From NCBI GenBank assembly GCA_038064195.1, contig JBBTTO010000002.1, positions 402,387-466,386 of the forward strand: a stretch of DNA of 64,000 nt, read 5' to 3'. The translations under genes were made by a program, and so were the position numbers. Shown here piece after piece: positions 27,026-35,085 of the stretch (position 1 is its first letter; each line of letters opens with the position of its first letter). This DNA comes from Patescibacteria group bacterium. GTDB taxonomy: Bacteria > Patescibacteriota > Microgenomatia > Levybacterales > UBA12049. The notes under the pieces were generated by a model. That model made no database searches, was not told the origin of the DNA, and worked only from the letters and a program-made list of their open reading frames with translations.

Positions 27026-28840
27026 ATGAATATACGAAATGTTGCAATTATCGCTCACGTAGATCACGGCAAAACCACCCTTGTCGATGCTTTGCTGCGT
27101 CAATCGAAGACCAAGCTGGATAAAGAAGTAGATTCAGCCGATCTCATCATGGATAGTAATGAGCTTGAGCGCGAGCGTGGCATTACTATTTTTAGTAAGA
27201 ACGCGAGCGTGGTTTGGAACGAAACAAAAATTAATATCATCGATACCCCCGGGCATGCTGATTTCGGTGGGGAAGTAGAACGTGTGCTGACTATGGCTGA
27301 CGGATGTTTGCTCTTAGTCGACGCAAAGGAGGGTCCGATGCCTCAAACTCGCTTCGTACTCCGTCAGGCACTGGCTAAAAAACTCAGAATTATCGTCGTC
27401 GTGAATAAGATTGACAGGCCGGACGCACGTATCCACTATGTTTTGGACAAAACACTGGATCTCTTTCTCGAACTCGGTGCAAGTGATGAAATCGCTGATT
27501 TCCCAATCGTCTATGCGAGTGGTAAAGAAGGTAAGGCTGGCCTTGAGCCTGATCTTTCAACTATGACTGATATCGCACCGGTGTTTGACGCTATTTTAGA
27601 ACATATACCCGCTCCCAGTGGGGATGCTGCCAAACCTCTACAAATGCTCATGACAACACTCAGCAGTGACTCTTTCAAAGGCCGTATTGCCATCGGTCGA
27701 ATCTACAACGGTACGATCAAAGCCGGGCAGGACGTCATGCACATCAATCGTGACGGGGAAATGAAAAGGCATCGCCTGGTATCGCTGATGACTTTTGAAG
27801 GACTTGGCCGTGTCGATATCAAAGAAGCTCAGGCAGGCGATATAGTAGCCATTTCGGGAATCCCTGATATCACGATCGGTGAGACAATTGCCAGTGTTGA
27901 GAATCCGATTGCTTTGCCACTCTTAGCAATTGAGGAACCGACCGTCATGATGACTTTCGGGGTCAATACTTCACCCTTTGCCGGACAAGAAGGAGAGTAC
28001 AAAACTTCACGTCAGATTCGTGAAAGATTGTACAAAGAGCTTGAGACAGATGTGGCACTCAGAGTTGAAGATTTGCCGACAGGGGAGTGGAATGTCTCTG
28101 GTCGTGGAGAGCTGCATTTAGCTATCGTTATTGAACGCCTTCGCCGTGAAGGATATGAGTTCCAAGTCTCACGTCCTCAGGTTATCGAAAAAGTCGTCGA
28201 TGGAGTCAAAATGACCCCATATGAACAACTTTTTCTGGAAGTACCACAAGACTACAGTGGTGCTGTGATGCAAAAGCTCGGTGAGAGGCGGGGAGAGCTT
28301 AAGGATATGCGCTCTGATGAAAACGGGATAACGTCTTTTGAGTTCATCATCGCGACTAAAGACCTATTCGGCTACCGATCTGAGTTCATCACCGATACAA
28401 AGGGTCTAGGTATCATGAATATGTCTTTTTATGAATATGCTAAGGATTCGGGGAGTACGCTGCGACGTGATCGCGGTTCACTCATCGCTTTTGAGACAGG
28501 CGTCACGACACTCTATGGCCTGACCGGTGTCCAGGATCGCGGCGATCTCTTTATCGGCCCTCAATATCAGGTATATAAAGGACAGGTCATCGGTCAGCAC
28601 AGTCGACCGGAAGATTTGCGAATTAACGTTTGCAAGACCAAGCAACTCAGTAACATGCGTTCAAAAGGCGACGGGTCAATGGAGCATTTCAATGTCCCGC
28701 ACGTCATGGGGCTTGAGGACGCTCTCGAATATATCGGGGATGATGAACTGGTCGAGGTAACGCCCAAAAATATCCGTATGCGTAAGAAAATTCTCGACGA
28801 GCTAGAGGAGCGCCGCAAAAAAGCCCAGGGAATTGCTTAA
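27026..28840 (+). CDS. typA: translational GTPase TypA/BipA
   Basis: [23 protein letters not shown] and NKIDR G-motifs; 604 aa from ATG 27026. The track's upstream start at 26996 would read through the leader hairpin. Confidence 0.9.
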   Translation: MNIRNVAIIAHVDHGKTTLVDALLRQSKTKLDKEVDSADLIMDSNELERERGITIFSKNASVVWNETKINIIDTPGHADFGGEVERVLTMADGCLLLVDAKEGPMPQTRFVLRQALAKKLRIIVVVNKIDRPDARIHYVLDKTLDLFLELGASDEIADFPIVYASGKEGKAGLEPDLSTMTDIAPVFDAILEHIPAPSGDAAKPLQMLMTTLSSDSFKGRIAIGRIYNGTIKAGQDVMHINRDGEMKRHRLVSLMTFEGLGRVDIKEAQAGDIVAISGIPDITIGETIASVENPIALPLLAIEEPTVMMTFGVNTSPFAGQEGEYKTSRQIRERLYKELETDVALRVEDLPTGEWNVSGRGELHLAIVIERLRREGYEFQVSRPQVIEKVVDGVKMTPYEQLFLEVPQDYSGAVMQKLGERRGELKDMRSDENGITSFEFIIATKDLFGYRSEFITDTKGLGIMNMSFYEYAKDSGSTLRRDRGSLIAFETGVTTLYGLTGVQDRGDLFIGPQYQVYKGQVIGQHSRPEDLRINVCKTKQLSNMRSKGDGSMEHFNVPHVMGLEDALEYIGDDELVEVTPKNIRMRKKILDELEERRKKAQGIA

Positions 28841-28875
28841 TTTGCCATTTATCTCTGAGACGCTATAATAACTTC

Positions 28876-29355
28876 GTGATCTCATGTACTTTTGAAAACG
28901 GCAATAAAGCCTTCCTCCGTCACGTCGTCGTGGATACCCTCGTTCTTAAAGATGACAAAATTCTTCTTGTCAAACGAGCAGAACGACTCCTGGAAGGCGG
29001 AAAGTGGGCACTCGTCGGAGGGTACGTCGATCAAGGTGAAACGCTTCCACAGGCAGTCCAGCGTGAAGTATTTGAAGAGACAGGATATAGAATTCACACT
29101 ATCCAAATGCTGGCAGTTAATGCCGATCCTCACCGTCCTAACGAAGATCGACAAAATATTTCTTTCATCTTTGTGGCTGAAGCCGGAGAAAAAGAAGGAG
29201 AGTCAGATGACGAGGTATCTGAACAAAAATGGTATGGGTTTGATGATCTCCCTCCTGAGGCCACAATAGCCTTTGACCATTATCAAGCCATTGAATTATA
29301 TTTGGAATATAAGAAAAACCCGCAGCCTCTCCCAATCATCGTGTACGAAAGATAA
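28876..29355 (+). CDS. NUDIX hydrolase
   Basis: Nudix box GGYVDQGETLPQAVQREVFEETGY. Confidence 0.75.
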   Translation: MISCTFENGNKAFLRHVVVDTLVLKDDKILLVKRAERLLEGGKWALVGGYVDQGETLPQAVQREVFEETGYRIHTIQMLAVNADPHRPNEDRQNISFIFVAEAGEKEGESDDEVSEQKWYGFDDLPPEATIAFDHYQAIELYLEYKKNPQPLPIIVYER

Positions 29356-29452
29356 TTTCGTTCTTCAGAGGTTTTAACTTTTATTGATCTCAGAGGAGAC
29401 ACCCATTCTTCCACTTGCTTTCTCAAAACTTTTTTGTGTATAGTAGGTACTT

Positions 29453-29965
29453 ATGGACGAAGACAAAGTACAGGACGCTGAAGTCATTGACGAGAAGCCC
29501 CTCAGTCAGGATTTCCCCGGCATAGAAGATGTCCCCACAAGTAGTATCGTCAAAGATAGCGGTGCGACAGGGGATGCGGCTATCCTCCTTAATCTTGAGG
29601 AAATGATCAAAAACTATATCCAGAGTCTGGATAAGCTGCGTGAGGAAAAGAAGAAAATCGGGGAGATGCTGGAGGACAGCTTCGTCAATAATCCTGTCTA
29701 TCGCGAAAATGCTGAGAAGGCCAAAGAGGCACTCAAGGTCAAGGCCACGACCCGTCAGCAGATTGCCAGTCAGCCATCAGTTATCGCTCTCTCCCTGAAA
29801 GTGAAAGGGCTCAATTCTGATATCAAAGAACGACAAGTTGCATTGTCTGATTACTTACTCGAATATCAACGCCTCAGTGGAGCCAACGAGATCGAAGATG
29901 CCGAAGGTCAGATCAGAGAAATTATCAATTCTGCCAGGCTTATCAAGCGAACTGCCAAAAAATAG
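29453..29965 (+). CDS. hypothetical acidic coiled-coil protein
   Basis: 170-aa ORF with no recognised domain. Confidence 0.45.
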   Translation: MDEDKVQDAEVIDEKPLSQDFPGIEDVPTSSIVKDSGATGDAAILLNLEEMIKNYIQSLDKLREEKKKIGEMLEDSFVNNPVYRENAEKAKEALKVKATTRQQIASQPSVIALSLKVKGLNSDIKERQVALSDYLLEYQRLSGANEIEDAEGQIREIINSARLIKRTAKK

Positions 29966-29992
29966 ATCTTCTCGAATTTATTTAATTTAAGG

Positions 29993-30180
29993 TTTTTTCT
30001 GTACTTTTTTCCGCAAAAAGTACCAAAAGCTCTCGTCCAGTTTTGCTCAATGCAGAAAATGGCGACTCGTTCATTAAAAGTTACGGCCTCCACTGAGTTT
30101 CGCCTTTCAACTTTTACCCTTCGGGTCATTCATTCGCCACCATTTTCTAGGCTTTCGCGGCAAGTGGACGATCAGAGGAG
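29993..30180 (+). ncRNA. intergenic structured element, copy R2 (closest paralog of R1)
   Basis: Same P1 hairpin (loop tccgc) and CAAAAGCTCTCG. P2 CGTCCA (30036-30041) pairs with TGGACG (30164-30169), compensatory relative to R1. The P3 stem is conserved with a different, longer loop. The indel pattern breaks any common reading frame. Confidence 0.5.
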
Positions 30181-30469
30181 TTTATTATATGAAAAATGAT
30201 TTATTCAGCTGGTTTTCAAAAAACTCTTATATGTTTCTTACGGGATTTTAAGCAGGCTCTTATACATGAGTAATATGATCTAGGTCATAGAACTTGGTGG
30301 AATTTGGAGGTAAAGTAATATAACAGGTTAAGGAGTTTGTCCACCATGACTTACTTTTCGCCTTAGATCATTTGATCTGCGGCTCAAAGAGCGTTCAATT
30401 GGCGGACTTAAGACTCTCTAATTCTGATTTCTAGCAAAATCAGAAAGAGACTCTAAAGGAGGTGAGAAT

Positions 30470-30646
30470 ATGGCAGGTAAATCAAAACGAGGCTTTGCCT
30501 CAATGTCTAGTAGTAAGCAGCGAAGTATCGCCAGTAAAGGCGGTAAAGCAGCGCATGCCAAAGGGACAGCGCATGAATTTACGAGTGATGAGGCTCGTAA
30601 AGCAGGGCGTAAAGGTGGAATCGCACGACAACGAAAAGATCGCTAG
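30470..30646 (+). CDS. KGG-repeat general stress protein (YciG/con-10-like), 58 aa, below the track's 60-aa cutoff
   Basis: MAGKSKRGFASMSSSKQRSIASKGGKAAHAKGTAHEFTSDEARKAGRKGGIARQRKDR; strong RBS aaaGGAGGtgagaatATG. The overlapping track ORF 30462-30698 is in another frame and looks spurious. Confidence 0.55.
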   Translation: MAGKSKRGFASMSSSKQRSIASKGGKAAHAKGTAHEFTSDEARKAGRKGGIARQRKDR

Positions 30647-30790
30647 CACGAGAAGGGATTACTGCCTATCAATACCCAAATGCAAAGGGTATTTTTAGGT
30701 AGGAATTTATTGGTAACTGACATTTTATTGTAAGAAATTGTTAAGAGTCAGGCTAAAAACCTTGCAAATATATCTTTTTTTGGTAAGATC

Positions 30791-31960
30791 GTGGGTATAG
30801 TGCGACAAACAATCCTCCAGCAAATCAGTATTTCGGCTTTAAAGTTCCTTGTACCCTTAACGACTGAGGAGACTTATAAGATCATCGTCTCTGAGGCCGA
30901 GAAAATAATCGGAGCGGACTTTGGAACTATTTTTTTGCAGGAGCAGGGTGAGCTCCGCCGTGTTTACGCGGACGCGGCATTTTTTAGCAGGTTAAAGCCC
31001 CGTCCACGCGGCTTTACCTATGATACTTTTACGAAAAATCAGCCAAAGCTGATTGACGTCCGAAAAGAGAAGAATTTTCACCCGGCGATTAAAAAAAGGG
31101 GCATAAAATCTATCGTCTATGTCCCTCTTTCCTACAAAGATAAGACAATCGGTGTCTTGATTGTTCATTCAAAGAAACACAAGACAGTCTCCAAAAATGA
31201 TTTTTATTTTTATACGCTCTTTGGCGCTCTGGCCAGCATGGCGATTCGTAAAATGCAACTTTATGACGAGACGAGGGAGGCTCTTGCGACACGCGATCTT
31301 TTTATCTCGCTTGCCTCACACGAGCTGCGCACTCCTCTGACATCAATTAATGGCTATATACACCTCCTGTCATCAAAATTAAAAGACAATAAAGGATCTG
31401 AAGGGAAGTGGATCAACGAGCTTACAGCTGAAAGTAAGAGACTCACGAGTCTTATCACAGAACTTCTCGAAATCAATCGTATCAAGCAGGGTCAGCTCCA
31501 GTATGAGTTCAGAGAATGCGGTCTTAAAGAATTTTTGGATATCGCCATCGATCGTTACCGATTTGTTAATCCTGAGCGTGAGATTGAGTATGTTCAGGAT
31601 CCGAGAGTAGATAAGGCAAAAATCATAGGTGACTCCAACAAGCTCCTCCAGATGACTACAGCTCTTCTGAGTAATGCCGATAAATTCTCACGTCGGGATT
31701 TGCCGATTACACTTAAAGTCAAACTGACTGCCAAACACGTAGTGATTCTCGTTATTGATCATGGAGCAGGCATACCTGATGCACATTTAGCGCACATTTT
31801 TGAAGGCTTTTATAAGGGTGAGAATGGAGAGTCACAAGGACTAGGGGTCGGTTTACTGCTTGCCAAGCATATTATTTCCTCCCATCATGGTATAATAACT
31901 GTTAAATCTAAAAAAAAGAAAGGAACAACTGTCCAAGTAAAGCTCCCCCGCATTACATGA
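30791..31960 (+). CDS. sensor histidine kinase, cytoplasmic GAF + HisKA + HATPase_c
   Basis: H-box SHELRTPLTSINGY; N/G-box region LLSNADKFS...IDHGAGIP...GLGVGL; no TM segments. Confidence 0.8.
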   Translation: MGIVRQTILQQISISALKFLVPLTTEETYKIIVSEAEKIIGADFGTIFLQEQGELRRVYADAAFFSRLKPRPRGFTYDTFTKNQPKLIDVRKEKNFHPAIKKRGIKSIVYVPLSYKDKTIGVLIVHSKKHKTVSKNDFYFYTLFGALASMAIRKMQLYDETREALATRDLFISLASHELRTPLTSINGYIHLLSSKLKDNKGSEGKWINELTAESKRLTSLITELLEINRIKQGQLQYEFRECGLKEFLDIAIDRYRFVNPEREIEYVQDPRVDKAKIIGDSNKLLQMTTALLSNADKFSRRDLPITLKVKLTAKHVVILVIDHGAGIPDAHLAHIFEGFYKGENGESQGLGVGLLLAKHIISSHHGIITVKSKKKKGTTVQVKLPRIT

Positions 31961-31985
31961 CCAAACAAGATATACGCAAAGCCTC

Positions 31986-32456
31986 TTAGTTAAGGTTTAT
32001 AAAGCATTGACGGTGGAAGTGGAGTTCGGCTACTTCTCTGCTTCGTGTCTCATACCAGATATGATAGCCTTTGCGTCTACCGTCCTCAGGGTCAATCTCA
32101 AGTTTTTCTTCACACAGATCACAGGTAAATGCTTTTAATGCCGGTGGTGCCAGAGTATTCCACTCTTCAAGGATTTCTTCAAATGTCCCCGTGGCTTTTA
32201 GTGAATAGGGATTGGTCAAATTTATAGTTTTTTCTAGTGGTGGAGAGGCAAATGTCAATGTTTCTGACTGAAAAGCCTGCTCACACGTCTCATCACAGAG
32301 GTGTATTGGGACGAGAAAGCCGCTGGAGCGCAGCCAGTGATGCCAAGCTTTATTGCGATACTCCTGGCAGACAGCGCAGCGAAAACCACGATACTCAGGA
32401 TCGGATTTGATATTCCAGGACTGAACGATCTGGAGTAGCAGCTGCTGTTCGTCCAT
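31986..32456 (-). CDS. hypothetical Cys/His-rich protein (two zinc-ribbon-like CxxC/HxxC pairs)
   Basis: CAVCQEY...HLCDETC...CDLCEE...HFHRQC. Start set at ATG (MDEQQ...) rather than the track's GTG at 32471. Confidence 0.45.
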   Translation of the reverse strand: MDEQQLLLQIVQSWNIKSDPEYRGFRCAVCQEYRNKAWHHWLRSSGFLVPIHLCDETCEQAFQSETLTFASPPLEKTINLTNPYSLKATGTFEEILEEWNTLAPPALKAFTCDLCEEKLEIDPEDGRRKGYHIWYETRSREVAELHFHRQCFINLN

Positions 32457-32476
32457 ATAAAAAATATACACTTTTT

Positions 32477-32516
32477 GGGGGAAAGGGGAAAGGGGAAAGG
32501 GGAAAGGGGAAAGGGG
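32477..32516 (+). repeat. G-quadruplex-type microsatellite GGGGG(AAAGGGG)5, i.e. (GGGGAAA)n with six G-tracts
   Basis: Read directly from the sequence. It begins 21 nt upstream of the ATG of the minus-strand gene 31986-32456, and on that strand it is followed by TGTATATT (an extended -10-like element). Confidence 0.9.
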
Positions 32517-32667
32517 TCTTTATAGGTTCTGTACGTAGGATGTGGGAATTAGTTTTGAGGCTAAAATGAGTAAGGTATGCAGGAGAGAGAAGGGAGCTAC
32601 CCATCGAGGCAGCGCGGAGGCGCATATGCCTTCGGTGTCTCCCGGATACCTTACCCAAGTTATCTAG

Positions 32668-32976
32668 TTACCGGCCGCTGTCAACATGACTATTCTTGAA
32701 GATGTATTGGACTACTGCGTAACCGGTCGGAATTTGTGTACTAAAACCGAAAGGTCCTACCTCTCGGAGAACGACTACTTGATAGAGGTTGTATCCCTTC
32801 AAGCTCATTTCGTTGAGCTTTGCGGTTACCTCCTTGTCATTTTGTGGCAAGTAACAAGTCCAGGTTTGGTATTGTGGCGTTGTGGCCATTTTGAAACCTC
32901 CATAGCCGTGTGGTCTCGAACCGATTTCCGAGAACCCCGGTGTAGTTGCTTTTTTTTCAAGGGTTTCACCTTGCAT
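32668..32976 (-). CDS. hypothetical small protein, possibly DUF4177-like; low confidence
   Basis: ...QYQTWTCYLPQNDKEVTAKLNEMSLKGYNLYQVVVLREVGPFGF... loosely resembles the W-EYK...LNELG.EGWELV pattern. It overlaps an antisense plus ORF (32686-33057), so neither reading frame can be preferred. Confidence 0.25.
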   Translation of the reverse strand: MQGETLEKKATTPGFSEIGSRPHGYGGFKMATTPQYQTWTCYLPQNDKEVTAKLNEMSLKGYNLYQVVVLREVGPFGFSTQIPTGYAVVQYIFKNSHVDSGR

Positions 32977-33229
32977 CAGTTTGTTTGGCGAGGAGAAACC
33001 TCTTTAAGTAACCACATCGGGATTCTCGGAATTTTCAGCGTAGTTCTGCGGATATAAAATGTCCGCCTTTTTCGCGCTTGTACTAGATTTCCTGCATACC
33101 TTGTTAAAGTACAAAAACTAGCGAATGGCATATGGCGTATAGCAAATAGTAGAACTATCTACAACGACACAAGCTATTACTAATAGGTGATTATACCTCA
33201 AAGAATTGTTGAAAGTAAAACTATGGGGC

Positions 33230-33793
33230 TTAATGGCGTGTCGTTTGTGAGGGAATAGTAAGTGAAGACGCGAGATCCGATTCTCCCAGAATGATATTCA
33301 TCAAGGTCATCGTCCGAGTCAAAGCCTGTCGAAAAACCGGAATTTCCTCCTCAGTGGTATGGATCGTGATATGGAACGTGCCGCGGGGGTCCCTCACCCA
33401 GTTCCAGTTCGTCCTGCCCTCATACGTAGCTGTATCCAGACCACGTTCCAGCTGAACGATACACAGATACTCCAGGAGTATATGCTCGAAAAGATGTCCG
33501 AGCTCTGTACGCGTGACTTCCTGTGGGAAGGGCAGCTTGTCATCATTGTAGCAGCTTGATCGAAAAATACTCGGGAGGTAAAGAAGTAGCAGTTGGCTGG
33601 TCAGCGGAAAGTAGCGGGTGCTTACCTGTGGGATGAGAAGTTGCATCCTGATGCGGGTCCGGGTCTTATGGTGTCTTACTAAAAGAGTGTAGAGGTTAGC
33701 AGCCAGAGTCTTCTCGGCTTGCTGTAAGGTAGGGATTTTTGACATAAAAAATAAATTCTTTTTTATGATATGGGGAGGTGAGGCGGGTGTCAA
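33230..33793 (-). CDS. hypothetical protein (contains an HxxEH motif)
   Basis: GHLFEHILLEY; too short to be an M16 peptidase and the N-terminus is unclear. Confidence 0.3.
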   Translation of the reverse strand: MTPASPPHIIKKNLFFMSKIPTLQQAEKTLAANLYTLLVRHHKTRTRIRMQLLIPQVSTRYFPLTSQLLLLYLPSIFRSSCYNDDKLPFPQEVTRTELGHLFEHILLEYLCIVQLERGLDTATYEGRTNWNWVRDPRGTFHITIHTTEEEIPVFRQALTRTMTLMNIILGESDLASSLTIPSQTTRH

Positions 33794-33837
33794 GCTAAGC
33801 CATTACGCATAGCGCTAAGCGCCGAGCGCAAAGCGGA

Positions 33838-34512
33838 TTATTCTTTTATCACATACCCGAAGCCGCGGACTGAATGGAGTAATTTTTTATCCGCATCCGC
33901 ATCTATTTTTTTTCTGAGATAGCCCATATAAACATCTACCACCCGGGTCTCTATGTCACTTGAGTAAAGCCAGATACGATTGAGGATCATCTCGCGCGTC
34001 AGAATGCGGCCTTTGTTATTCATCAGATATTGCAGCAGCTTGAATTCCTGAGGGGTGAGTTGGATTTGCTTATCGCCTCTTTTAACAGCCAGAGTCTTAC
34101 TGTCCAGTGTGAGATCCGCCACCGTCAGGACCGATTCACTGCCGCCGTCTTTGCGGCGGAGGCGGGCTTTAATGCGGGCGAGAAATTCATCAGCTACGAA
34201 TGGCTTAGTCATGTAGTCATCAGCACCCAAATTAAGTCCCTGGACGATCTCACCTACGCTGTCTTTAGCAGTCAGGATAATGACCGGTAATTCGGGATAT
34301 TTCTTTCTGATCTCACTGCAAACTGCCTCACCAGACATATTAGGGAGTCCGAGGTCTAGGATAACGACGTCAGGTTCTGCCTTACTGATCATATCGAGTG
34401 CGATGATCCCATCTCCTGCGATCTTTACTGAATAACCGTTATCCAAAAGTAATTCTTTGAGGTATTTCTGAAGGCCTTTGTCGTCTTCGACAACTAAGAT
34501 AGTGTGTGCCAT
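33838..34512 (-). CDS. OmpR-family response regulator (receiver + winged-helix)
   Basis: VEDDKGL...DVVILDLGLP receiver; LTPQEFKLLQYLMNNKGRILTREMILNRIW wHTH. Confidence 0.85.
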   Translation of the reverse strand: MAHTILVVEDDKGLQKYLKELLLDNGYSVKIAGDGIIALDMISKAEPDVVILDLGLPNMSGEAVCSEIRKKYPELPVIILTAKDSVGEIVQGLNLGADDYMTKPFVADEFLARIKARLRRKDGGSESVLTVADLTLDSKTLAVKRGDKQIQLTPQEFKLLQYLMNNKGRILTREMILNRIWLYSSDIETRVVDVYMGYLRKKIDADADKKLLHSVRGFGYVIKE

Positions 34513-34641
34513 AGAGTAGTTGGTAGTATAGCAACGTTCTTACAAAACCTCAATGCATCTCTACTATTTTCTTTCCTATCTCTTACAAAAATAGTTGTCG
34601 GGAATGGTCTTTAGTTTGCAGGGCCGTGCTAGAATACGTCT

Positions 34642-35025
34642 ATGAGGATACTTGTGGCAGAGGATGACGGTGCGATCATTGAGGTCATGCACATTATTTT
34701 AGAAGGTGAGGGGCATGAAGTCCTGCATGCAATGACCGAGAAAGATATCATGGCCCTGACCTCTGAAAAAAAGCCCCAGTTACTTTTTTTGGATATCTCC
34801 TTAGGTGCAGATGACGGGGGGAAAATTACCAGTCGGATTAAAAAAAGTTTTACGGATTACTACCTCCCCATCATTATCATCTCAGCCAATACTCAGACGG
34901 CAAAAATTGCCAAGAAAAGCGGAGCGGACGGATTTTTGCTCAAGCCTTTTGATATTGAAGAGCTTTTAAATCTCGTTGAGAAATACGATCATACTACTCA
35001 AAAAAAAATCGGGGTTGACATCTAG
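34642..35025 (+). CDS. stand-alone CheY-like receiver domain protein
   Basis: MRILVAEDDGAIIEV...LFLDISLG...LLKPFDIEEL. Confidence 0.75.
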   Translation: MRILVAEDDGAIIEVMHIILEGEGHEVLHAMTEKDIMALTSEKKPQLLFLDISLGADDGGKITSRIKKSFTDYYLPIIIISANTQTAKIAKKSGADGFLLKPFDIEELLNLVEKYDHTTQKKIGVDI

Positions 35026-35085
35026 CAGTGCATGTGATAGAGTGCTAATAATCAGGCAATTTCCACCAAGTTTTTGCCCCAACCT

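Noticed and set aside
30462-30698. Track ORF 30462-30698 (78 aa, GTG start)
   Set aside because: It is out of frame with the clearly recognisable KGG stress protein (30470-30646), which has a strong RBS and ATG.
33075-33230. Possible fifth R-family copy (TTGTACT-n25-AGTACAA followed by CAAAAACTAGCG)
   Set aside because: It shares only the hairpin-plus-CAAAA start; no P2 or P3 equivalents or 3' conserved tail could be found, so similarity may be coincidental.
33230-33793. M16 (pitrilysin) peptidase call based on the HxxEH motif
   Set aside because: The ORF is only 187 aa with an implausible N-terminal region; a pentapeptide motif alone is insufficient.
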